NCBI GenBank assembly: GCA_964016885.1
Contig: OZ024744.1
Location: 114,080,001 to 114,144,000 of the forward strand
Direction: 5' to 3'
Origin: Eledone cirrhosa
Taxonomy: Eukaryota
DNA length: 64,000 nt
Part shown: positions 42,714 to 52,994 of the stretch, one piece after another
How the letters are laid out: every line of letters begins with the position of its first letter
How positions within the stretch are numbered: the stretch's first letter is position 1
The notes under the pieces: model-generated
The model's database searches: none
What the model saw: only the letters and a program-made list of their open reading frames with translations
Told to the model about the DNA's origin: nothing
Program-made: the position numbers and the translations under genes

Positions 42714-43041
42714 AGTTATGTTGAAAGATTTTAATTTATGGACAGTGATATTTTGTTATTGGACCATCACTATTACTACCATCATAAACACCATCACAAC
42801 CATGACCATCACTACCACCGACACCACCACTGACACCTCCAACACCCTTACCACTCCCACCACCACCATTAGTGACACCATCACTGTCACCCCCACCACC
42901 ACCATTATCCCCCCCCCCACCACATTACCCCCACCCCCACCACTATCACTACTATTTTTCATCTAATTAACGCCAATGTTGTATTATACATTCGAAGGAT
43001 AATGTAAATAGTTTTATATTAATTTGGAAGAAGCATTTGTC

Positions 43042-45660
43042 TAGTGTTTAGCTATATATTAATATGTTAAATCTAATACTATAGTGTTTAGCTATATATT
43101 AATATGTTAAATCTAATACTATAGTGTTTAGCTATATATTAATATGTTAAATCTAATACTATAGTGTTTAGCTATATATTAATATGTTAAAACTAATACT
43201 ATAGTGTTTAGCTATATATTAATATGTTAAATCTAATACTATAGTGTTTAGCTATATATTAATATGTTAAATCTAATACTATAGTGTTTAGCTATATATT
43301 AATATGTTAAATCTAATACTATAGTGTTTAGCTATATATTAATATGTTAAAACTAATACTATAGTGTTTAGCTATATAATAATATGTTAAAACTAATACT
43401 ATAGTGTTTAGCTATATATTAATATGTTAAATCTAATACTATAGTGTTTAGCTATATATTAATATGTTAAATCTAATACTATAGTGTTTAGCTATATATT
43501 AATATGTTAAATCTAATACTATAGTGTTTAGCTATATATTAATATGTTAAATCTAATACTATAGTGTTTAGCTATATATTAATATGTTAAATCTAATACT
43601 ATAGTGTTTAGCTATATATTAATATGTTAAATCTAATACTATAGTGTTTAGCTATATATTAATATGTTAAAACTAATACTATAGTGTTTAGCTATATATT
43701 AATATGTTAAAACTAATACTATAGTGTTTAGCTATATATTAATATGTTAAAACTAATACTATAGTGTTTAGCTATATATTAATATGTTAAAACTAATACT
43801 ATAGTGTTTTGCTATATATTAATATGTTAAATCTAATACTATAGTGTTTAGCTATATATTAATATGTTAAAACTAATACTATAGTGTTTAGCTATATATT
43901 AATATGTTAAAACTAATACTATAGTGTTTAGCTATATATTAATATGCTAAATCTAATACTATAGTGTTTAGCTATATATTAATATGTTAAAACTAATACT
44001 ATAGTGTTTAGCTATATATTAATATGTTAAAACTAATACTATAGTGTTTAGCTATATATTAATATGTTAAAACTAATACTATAGTGTTTAGCTATATATT
44101 AATATGTTAAATCTAATACTATAGTGTTTAGCTATATATTAATATGTTAAAACTAATACTATAGTGTTTAGCTATATATTAATATGTTAAAACTAATACT
44201 ATAGTGTTTTGCTATATATTAATATGTTAAAACTAATACTATAGTGTTTTGCTATATATTAATATGTTAAATCTAATACTATAGTGTTTAGCTATATATT
44301 AATATGTTAAATCTAATACTATAGTGTTTAGCTATATATTAATATGTTAAATCTAATACTATAGTGTTTAGCTATATATTAATATGTTAAATCTAATACT
44401 ATAGTGTTTAGCTATATATTAATATGTTAAATCTAATACTATAGTGTTTAGCTATATATTAATATGTTAAATCTAATACTATAGTGTTTAGCTATATATT
44501 AATATGTTAAATCTAATACTATAGTGTTTAGCTATATATTAATATGTTAAATCTAATACTATAGTGTTTAGCTATATATTAATATGTTAAAACTAATACT
44601 ATAGTGTTTTGCTATATATTAATATGTTAAATCTAATACTATAGTGTTTAGCTATATATTAATATGTTAAATCTAATACTATAGTGTTTAGCTATATATT
44701 AATATGTTAAATCTAATACTATAGTGTTTAGCTATATATTAATATGTTAAATCTAATACTATAGTGTTTAGCTATATATTAATATGTTAAAACTAATACT
44801 ATAGTGTTTTGCTATATATTAATATGTTAAATCTAATACTATAGTGTTTAGCTATATATTAATATGTTAAATCTAATACTATAGTGTTTAGCTATATATT
44901 AATATGTTAAATCTAATACTATAGTGTTTAGCTATATATTAATATGTTAAATCTAATACTATAGTGTTTAGCTATATATTAATATGTTAAATCTAATACT
45001 ATAGTGTTTAGCTATATATTAATATGTTAAATCTAATACTATAGTGTTTAGCTATATATTAATATGTTAAATCTAATACTATAGTGTTTAGCTATATATT
45101 AATATGTTAAATCTAATACTATAGTGTTTAGCTATATATTAATATGTTAAATCTAATACTATAGTGTTTAGCTATATATTAATATGTTAAATCTAATACT
45201 ATAGTGTTTAGCTATATATTAATATGTTAAAACTAATACTATAGTGTTTAGCTATATATTAATATGTTAAATCTAATACTATAGTGTTTAGCTATATATT
45301 AATATGTTAAAACTAATACTATAGTGTTTAGCTATATATTAATATGTTAAAACTAATACTATAGTGTTTAGCTATATATTAATATGTTAAATCTAATACT
45401 ATAGTGTTTAGCTATATATTAATATGTTAAAACTAATACTATAGTGTTTAGCTATATATTAATATGTTAAAACTAATACTATAGTGTTTAGCTATATATT
45501 AATATGTTAAATCTAATACTATAGTGTTTAGCTATATATTAATATGTTAAAACTAATACTATAGTGTTTAGCTATATATTAATATGTTAAAACTAATACT
45601 ATAGTGTTTTGCTATATATTAATATGTTAAAACTAATACTATAGTGTTTTGCTATATATT
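43042..45660. repeat. 40-bp AT-rich minisatellite, about 65 copies (ATAGTGTTTAGCTATATATTAATATGTTAAA[T/A]CTAATACT)
   Basis: Near-perfect 40-bp period. Degenerate copies continue to about 45865, and at 46250-46330 and 46945-47110. Confidence 0.99.
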
Positions 45661-45865
45661 ATGTTAAAACTAATACTATAGTGTTAAAACTAATACTATA
45701 GTTATAGTTAACTAATACTAATATGTTAAAACTAATACTATAGTTATATATTGATATGTTACAACTAATACTATAGTGTTTTGCTATATATTGATATGTT
45801 ACAACTAACACTATCGTGTTTAGCCATGTATTAACCTATATGTTAAAACTAAACTAGTGTTTAGC

Positions 45866-46208
45866 TTCATTTCATCCTCATTTCAATTAAGTCCGCTTTT
45901 TCCCTGCTTGCAAGGATGGGACGGGACTGATACTGGCTTGATTTCTACAGCTGGATGCCCTTCCTAACACCAACCTTATTTACTGTGAGTGCTGGGTGCT
46001 TTTTTGCCGTGGCACCTCCACGACCACTTTGCAGTGGAATGATATGGACCCCAGTCCCTATCATCTCATTTCTACAGCTGAGTAAACTGGAGCAATGTGA
46101 AATAAAGTGTCTTGCTCAAGGAAACAACACATCACCCGGTCTGAGAATTGAACTCACAACCTTTCGATTGCAAGGCCAATGCTCTAACCACTAAGCCATG
46201 TGCCTCCA
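45866..46208 (-). mobile_element. SINE family A, full length
   Basis: Homologous to 38290-38618, with tRNA head GGAGGCACATGGCTTAGTGGTTAGAGC. Confidence 0.9.
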
Positions 46209-46437
46209 TAGCTATATATAAATATATAAATATGTATATTAAAATAAAAACCAGTGTTTAGCTATATATTAACAAACATTAAAACTAATCTAGTGTTTAA
46301 ATATATATAAACATATGTTAAAATATAAACTATATGTAAACAAAGTAAGTATGTTTGGAACACGGCGAGTAAAATTTATAATTGAAATAGAAATAGAAGC
46401 TCTGCCATAGTATTTTTGTCTATAATATAGTCTAATA

Positions 46438-46605
46438 ATTGTTTCTACTTTTGGTACAAGGCCAGCAATTATCCAGTGTATTACTGGTACTTTATTTTAT
46501 CGACCCCATAAGGATGAAAGGCAAAGTTAACCTTGGCGGGATTTGAACTCAGAATAGCAAGGGCCATAACTCTATGTGTCAAAGCATGGCGTCCGACCCA
46601 TATAA
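46438..46605 (-). mobile_element. SINE family B
   Basis: Reverse complement of the family B core (AAGGATGAAAGGCAAAGTTAACC on the plus strand). Confidence 0.85.
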
Positions 46606-46695
46606 AGGCACCGAACAGACAAAGATGGGTATCGAAACCCATCTTTTTCTGTTCAGTGGCTTTATATGCCCCATTATTAGACTATATTATTAGAG

Positions 46696-46882
46696 GGTGG
46701 TGGATTGGCAGTATCGGTGGAGGGTCAGACGCCATGCTTTCCAGCATAGTTACGTCCCTTTACGATCTGAGTTCAAATCCCGCCGAGGTTGACTTTGCCT
46801 TTCATCCTTACGGGGCCGATAAAATAAAGTACCAGTAATGCACTGGGTAATTGCTGGCCTTGTGCCTAAAGTAGAAACAATT
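46696..46882 (+). mobile_element. SINE family B with an ~18-bp target-site duplication
   Basis: ATTATTAGACTATATTAT occurs at 46673-46690 and 46880-46897. Confidence 0.9.
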
Positions 46883-47110
46883 ATTAGACTATATTATAGA
46901 CAAAAATACTATGGCGAAGCTTCTATTTCTATTTCAATTAATTAACTATAGTGTTTAGCTATGTACTAATATATACAATGAAACTAATATTATAGCATTT
47001 AGCTATATATTAACATATATGTTAAAAGTAATACTATAGTGTTTAGCTATATACTAATATATATGTTAAAACTAATACTATAGTGTTTAGCTATAATATA
47101 TATTAATATA

Positions 47111-47148
<38 letters not shown>

Positions 47149-47264
47149 TAAAAGGAATTCCAACTTTGTCTGATTTATTCGTTTTATTTACAATCCTTTA
47201 AAATTTATAATGGTATTAGAAAGAATGAAATAGTATGGTAGAATATTAAATGTTAAGTGTTAAT

Positions 47265-47303
47265 TGAACAAGTACTTTCATGCTTTCGCAATCTTCAGTT
47301 TCA
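47265..47303 (-). ncRNA. Minimal type I hammerhead ribozyme
   Basis: Minus strand: TGAAA-CTGAAGA-T-TGC GAAA GCA-T-GAAA-GTAC-TT-GTTCA, with one stem I mismatch. Confidence 0.75.
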
Positions 47304-47388
47304 TATTGTATGGTGACAGTCAAGTTTGCAATTTTCAACTGTTGAAAATTGCATTGAAAATTGCAAACTTGACTGTCACCATACAATA

Positions 47389-47427
47389 TGAACCTGAAGA
47401 TTGCAAAAGCATGAAAGTACTTGTTCA
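47389..47427 (+). ncRNA. Minimal type I hammerhead ribozyme
   Basis: TGAAC-CTGAAGA-T-TGC AAAA GCA-T-GAAA-GTAC-TT-GTTCA. Stem I is TGAAC/GTTCA and stem III is the palindrome AGTACT. Confidence 0.85.
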
Positions 47428-47585
47428 ATTAACACTTAACATTTAATATTCTACCATACTATTTCATTATAATACCATTATAAATTTTAAAGGATTGTAA
47501 ATAAAACGAGTAAATCAGACAAAGTTGGAATTCCTTTTATTAATATAATCTTCTATACACAATCATAGACACCCGTGTATATTTA

Positions 47586-47617
<32 letters not shown>

Positions 47618-48668
47618 CAGGTTAAACTAATATTGTGTTTAGCAATATATATGTTTATATATGTTTAAACTGTAACTGTTAGACGTAAACTAAGATATCT
47701 ACATCAACTTTTTCCAATTCTCTGCTGTCTGTTATAAGAAAGAAATATCACCATTTAATTATCTCCAATTCTTCATTTACAGAGTTCCGCCATCTGATTG
47801 GCTGAAAATGAAAAAAAAGAGACAATTTTATCAATAAAATGATTGAACAGATAAAAAGAAAGAATTTTGTGAAAAATAAAAGACAAATGTTGTAATTCTT
47901 TGATGTTTGTTAAAACTATGAAATATGTTAGTAAAATATCACACACTAATTAGTGTACTAATTAGTGTACTAAACTGTAGAATTGTATCACTTCTCAGAG
48001 GTAGTAGTGTGGAATAGTTCTTCAAATATTCAAGCTTTTATAGATGCAATGTATAAAATATTGCTTCTATTGTTCCAGCCCAGAAAAACAGACCAAATCA
48101 ATGACCCCAATGTGACAGCGCCTGTGATCCCCAAAGACCACAAACACTGGCACATTCATATTTGTCCCATGAATGACTTCATGAATAAAAAAGTAAAAAG
48201 AATTAAAAAAGAAAACAAATTGGCATTTCGACTGAAATGTTATTTTAAAAACCAATTACGGAGAAATAAAATAAATTTTTGTCTTACTCAACAGTTCCTG
48301 GAACACTGGGGTTATCTTCAGGCAATGCTGGTACTTGGACACTTTTACTGAAAGACAGAAACATAGAATGAAAGGAGCTGATGATCAGATGAGATGAAAG
48401 AAACAATGTTTCCATTGGTCTTTCCATTACTGATACTATCTGTCAGTCACAACTCCTGACAGTAGAAAGGAGCTGATTTATAAACAACTACATTTTCTCA
48501 TTCTCAACTACTTTGCTGGCATGCAATGTTGTGCATTAAGGTGATATTGCACTTGTAATATATAAATATATATATATATATAAATTAATAATTTATACTG
48601 CTCAGAAGCGATTCTTAGAGCCGAAATAATTGTAAATGACCCCATTGAGTGTAAACTCTAAGTTATAT

Positions 48669-48700
<32 letters not shown>

Positions 48701-48858
48701 TAAATATACACGGGTGTGTATAAGTGTGTATAGAAGATTATATTAATAAAAGGAATTCCAACTTTGTCTGATTTACTCGTTTTATTTACAATCCTTTAAA
48801 ATTTATAATGGTATTATAATGAAATAGTATGATAGAATATTAAATGTTAAGTGTTAAT

Positions 48859-48897
48859 TGAACAAGTACTTTCATGCTTTCACAATCTTCAGGTTCA
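48859..48897 (-). ncRNA. Minimal type I hammerhead ribozyme
   Basis: Minus strand: TGAAC-CTGAAGA-T-TGT GAAA GCA-T-GAAA-GTAC-TT-GTTCA. Confidence 0.82.
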
Positions 48898-48970
48898 TAT
48901 TGTGTGGTGACAGTCAAGTTTGCAATTTTCAACAGTTGAAAATTGCAAACTTGACTGTCACCACACATTA

Positions 48971-49009
48971 TGAACCTGAAGATTGTGAAAGCATGAAAGT
49001 ACTTGTTCA
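48971..49009 (+). ncRNA. Minimal type I hammerhead ribozyme
   Basis: TGAAC-CTGAAGA-T-TGT GAAA GCA-T-GAAA-GTAC-TT-GTTCA. Confidence 0.82.
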
Positions 49010-49124
49010 ATTAACACTTAACATTTAATATTCTACCATACTATTTCATTATAATACCATTATAAATTTTAAAGGATTGTAAATAAAACGAGTAAATCAG
49101 ACAAAGTTGGAATTCCTTTTATTA

Positions 49125-49152
<28 letters not shown>

Positions 49153-49160
<8 letters not shown>

Positions 49161-49713
49161 TTTATGGTATATATCAATAATATTTATGTCTTTATTAGAT
49201 GATTTGAGGATCATTAAATCACTGATCGTATTGAATTATTGTTGATTGCCTTTCAATTTTTGCCACCTCACTACTAAATTCCATAGAGATATACTCTGCA
49301 ACTAATTAAGCCCAGTCAGCATTGAGTAGGACAGTGAGGGACATGATGTTGCAATACTATACATTGTGTGAAGTACCTTGTGGTATTGTGATTTGGTCAA
49401 CCTATATATATATATATATATATATATATGATTCTCGCTGAATTTATATTTATATATATATATAGGTTGACCAAATCACAATACCACAAGGTACTTCACA
49501 CAATGTATAGTATTGCAACATCATGTCCCTCACTGTCCTACTCAATGCTGACTGGGCTTAATTAGTTGCAGAGTATATCTCTATGGAATTTAGTAGTGAG
49601 GTGGCAAAAATTGAAAGGCAATCAACAATAATTCAATACGATCAGTGATTTAATGATCCTCAAATCATCTAATAAAGACATAACTATTATTGATATATAC
49701 CATAAATTAATTA
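49153..49713. repeat. ~560-bp palindrome with a (TA)n-containing centre
   Basis: TAATTAATTTATGGTATATATC...TTGGTCAACCTATA and TATAGGTTGACCAA...GATATATACCATAAATTAATTA form arms of about 250 bp that are nearly identical. Confidence 0.92.
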
Positions 49714-50510
49714 TGGTGATCAAGAAAAATTAATACTGTTAACCTTAAACAATTTATAACTGGTTCAGTCATTAAAAACATAGAAAAATATTGATAATTA
49801 CACAAACTAGTGTGAGTTTCATTAAAACCTGGATTATTATTAGTAATTACGTGTTTATTCCAATAGTCAGTTGTAACATCTAGAACTGTCACATGGAACG
49901 TCACTTGGTATTGTCCAGTAAAACAGCACAGGGAAAAACAATACATTTTTTCCAATATACACAATGTCAGAATTCACCAGCTCTCCTTCGTGTGTCTGTC
50001 ACCACAATGAAGATAGTAATATTTCTGTGTTATTCAAAAGAGGTGGGAAAAGGGAAGTAATTCACTCGCCTCTTCAGGGGAAGTATTCAGACTGGGAATT
50101 TTAACTTGAACTTAAATTTAAATTCAAAATGCAGGAGTTAAATGTCCATTTTCCATTCTAACATGAATTAGTTGAGTTGTCTCGTTTTGAACAAGTCAAA
50201 TCAGGTGACCATGTCTTGCTCATACAAACTGGGAAATTTTAAGTGCAGCTTGTGTTTCGTGGAGACACTCAAAATTACTGGTCCTAGATAAAATTTATTA
50301 AACAAGAAATCTGAAATTTTCTCATCCTGTCTACATAAATATGTTCATTCTTTCCTTTACAATAACTATGAACCAACTTAGTCAACTAATAATTGTTAGT
50401 ATTTGACTATACCTTACATCTAGGTTGGTTATTAAACCTTTAGTTACCAACCCAGCCAAAACCAGCTCTGGTTCTATGAAATAAAACCACCTATTTTAAA
50501 GAGTTCTTAT

Positions 50511-50784
50511 TTAACCCTTTAGTTACCAACCTGGCCAAAACCAGCTCTGGTTCTATCAAATAAAACCACCCATTATAAAGAGTTCCTATTTAACCCAGCC
50601 AAAACCAATTTCTGTTTCTATGAAATAGAGCCACCCATTTTAAAGGTTTCCTATTTAAATTCAAATCTTCCAACATAATTCATCTTAGCAATGAAATAAT
50701 TAATAATTTTAGTAAATTCCTCAAAATTCTTCATTAATTAAAATAGAGTGTATTTCATTAGAAATGTGAATATGAAAGGGTTAA
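50511..50784. mobile_element. piggyBac-like MITE remnant with ~80-bp internal repeats nearby
   Basis: TTAACCCTTT...AAAGGGTTAA ends. Repeated CCAACCCAGCCAAAACCAGCTCTGGTTCTAT units at 50432-50660. Confidence 0.5.
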
Positions 50785-51224
50785 ATAGATATTGTTACAC
50801 TTTTACCAGTGACCATTATATATCAACTTCTGTCTGCTTTTAATCCTTACTTATGTACCCCTCTATTAATACTTTCTAAATCTATATTTGTCTATATGTT
50901 GTTTCTTTATAAATACGACAATGCCAGATTTAACCTTTGCTATATCTCCATCGGTCACATTTTCATTGTATTTTTTTTTTATTAAATCTAAACATGATAA
51001 ATATTTGTTAAGTTATGTTCCAAACACCAACTTAATATAGAGAAAGATATATTACTAAATGATTCTAAATTCTTGATTATTTTCAAAATTAATGGAAAAT
51101 CATAAGCAATGTTTTAGAAATATGGTAACAAGATGGTGAAGCTGTTTATATTTAGGTAATGCCTATCATCATAATATTATGTAAGAAACTTTGTTATGTT
51201 ATGTTCCAAACACCAACTTAATAA

Positions 51225-51442
51225 TGGTTCCTGATTTAGGCAGAAGGCCAACAACTTTGGGGCAGGGGAAAATCGATTAGATAGTACCCAGTATGTTACT
51301 GCTACTTTATTTTTTGACCCCGTAAGGATAGAAGGCAAAGTTAACCGTGGCAGGATTTGAACTCCGAACATAAAGGGCTGTAACTATATGTCACAAAGCA
51401 TGTTGCCCAACACTCTACCAATTACTACTAATTCCCCCGCCC
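51225..51442 (-). mobile_element. SINE family B, diverged
   Basis: GACCCCGTAAGGATAGAAGGCAAAGTTAACC...GGATTTGAACTC on the plus strand. Confidence 0.75.
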
Positions 51443-51879
51443 TAAACACCAACTAAATAATGAAAATGTTAGTTAAATTACTAAATTCCTCCAAATACTT
51501 GATTATTTTCAAAATTATTGGAAAATTATTGGCACTTCTTTTTCCTTCTACTCCTCCTCCCAACCCTCCACCCTCCACCCCACATCCCTCTTCCTCCTCC
51601 CCACCCTCCTTCTTACCCCTCTACTCCCCCACCCCCTTCTTTGGTAACCTCTTGTGATTTAACACTAACTATTGCTGATGTAGACTTAAGCTCAACAATC
51701 CTATGTAAACTACAGTTATGTTGTTTCACTAAATATTTGTTCATATAGATGTTAAACAGTGATGTTGATGATGATGACGATGATATATATATATATATAT
51801 ATATATATTTATTTATATAACTTGTTTTTGAATTTGTTTTGTGAGATTTCTTATCTGAACACATGTGTTGAAACAGATA

Positions 51880-52175
51880 TTGTTATACTTTGGTATGGTC
51901 ATGTTGCCAATAAAAACACATGCATCTGTTGGTTTTCACTTCAATTTATTATGAATTTCTGGTTGGTTGGTTCTATAACCAGAGGTTGTTTACATATTGT
52001 CAAAGCTCTTTCATCACACATTCTGTAACCTCCTCAGTGACTGGGTTTTTATTTTGTGTGTCTCTCCTTTGTTCTGTCCTACACCATCTTGTGTGTTGTG
52101 TATTGTGTGTTGTGTGCTTAGTTTGCACATGCGTTACATCTGGGTGTGTGTGTTTATTTATTTATTTATTCATTT
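51880..52175 (-). mobile_element. Penelope-like element terminal fragment, an inverted homologue of 57780-58060
   Basis: Shared sequence in opposite orientation (matching ORFs in the track) and contains a hammerhead. Confidence 0.7.
51999..52041 (-). ncRNA. Type I hammerhead ribozyme
   Basis: Minus strand: GTCA-CTGAGGA-G-GTTACA gaatg TGTGAT-GAAA-GAGC-TT-TGAC. Confidence 0.72.
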
Positions 52176-52430
52176 ATATGGGACAAACCCGTCTAACCCA
52201 TCCTAACGTGAAGATGGATATATATATGTATATATATATATATAGATTTTGAGTTTATGTTGGTTGTATACCAACACCTCAGTATGCAGGCTGGAGCACT
52301 TGACGAAGTGCGCAGGTTGGTTTGGTTCCTCATTGAAATAACAACCCAACAGGGAACTGGGCATATCAGAGTATTGACAATATTATACACCTAAACAACA
52401 TATGTACTTGTCTATACCATACTAATTCAA

Positions 52431-52485
52431 ACTGCCTGAAGAGGTCACAGCCAAAGATGGCTGTCACTGAAATATATATAGCAGT
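52431..52485 (+). ncRNA. Type I hammerhead ribozyme
   Basis: ACTGC-CTGAAGA-G-GTCACAGCCA aaga TGGCTGTCAC-T-GAAA-TATATA-TA-GCAGT, followed immediately by AATAAA and then (TA)n. Confidence 0.88.
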
Positions 52486-52529
52486 AATAAACGAAGCTAA
52501 ATTTTAATCATTTGACTTTTATTTAACTT

Positions 52530-52633
<104 letters not shown>

Positions 52634-52776
52634 TTTCTTTAATTTCTTTAGTCAAAATAAGGCGATAGCTTACATTTCTAATAATTTCAAACCAACTTGC
52701 TGTTTCGAAAATATTCTTACTTGACATTACAGTCGCTAAGTTTATAGCTTCTAATTTGAATGGAAAAAGATGGGTG

Positions 52777-52848
52777 ATGTGTTGGTGTAAATGGTAGCAC
52801 AGTGGTCCGGATAACCAAAGATGTGGGTTCGACTCCCAAGTACGTCAA
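52777..52848 (+). other. tRNA-like cloverleaf (non-canonical anticodon loop) inside a small element with ~58-bp direct repeats
   Basis: GATGTGT-TG-GTGT aaatggta GCAC-A-GTGGT ccggata ACCAA-agatg-TGGG TTCGACT CCCA-a-GTACGTC-A. A and B boxes are present, U33 is absent. Confidence 0.6.
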
Positions 52849-52952
52849 TACTCATCTTTTTCCATTTCTCCGAGGGTTCTTAACCCCACTATCAGGCTAA
52901 ATAATTTCTTTAATTTCTTTAGTCAAAATACGGCGATAGCTTACATTTCTAA

Positions 52953-52989
<37 letters not shown>

Positions 52990-52994
<5 letters not shown>

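Larger units (their letters stand above)
47141..47547. mobile_element. Near-perfect ~407-bp palindromic element with a hammerhead in each arm
   Basis: Arms TATATTAATAAAAGGAATTCC... / ...GGAATTCCTTTTATTAATATA, centre CAAC-T-GTTG at about 47340. The mirror ORFs on both strands in the track confirm the symmetry. Confidence 0.9.
48740..49128. mobile_element. Second copy of the hammerhead palindrome
   Basis: Same sequence family as 47141-47547, centre CAAC-A-GTTG at 48934. Confidence 0.9.

Noticed and set aside
47246-47446. Twin 60-aa ORFs on opposite strands
   Set aside because: A by-product of the palindrome, with no protein motif.
48596-48640. GCTC...GAGC-CGAAA-TAATTG-TA, resembling the 3' half of a hammerhead
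   Set aside because: The CUGANGA core and 5' stem I are missing; at most a truncated relic.
50040-50090. CTGAAGAG on the minus strand as a hammerhead core
   Set aside because: No convincing stem II-GAAA-stem III-stem I closure.
52777-52848. Functional tRNA gene
   Set aside because: It lacks U33, has several G-U or mismatched pairs and sits inside a repeat-flanked element, so it is reported only as tRNA-like.
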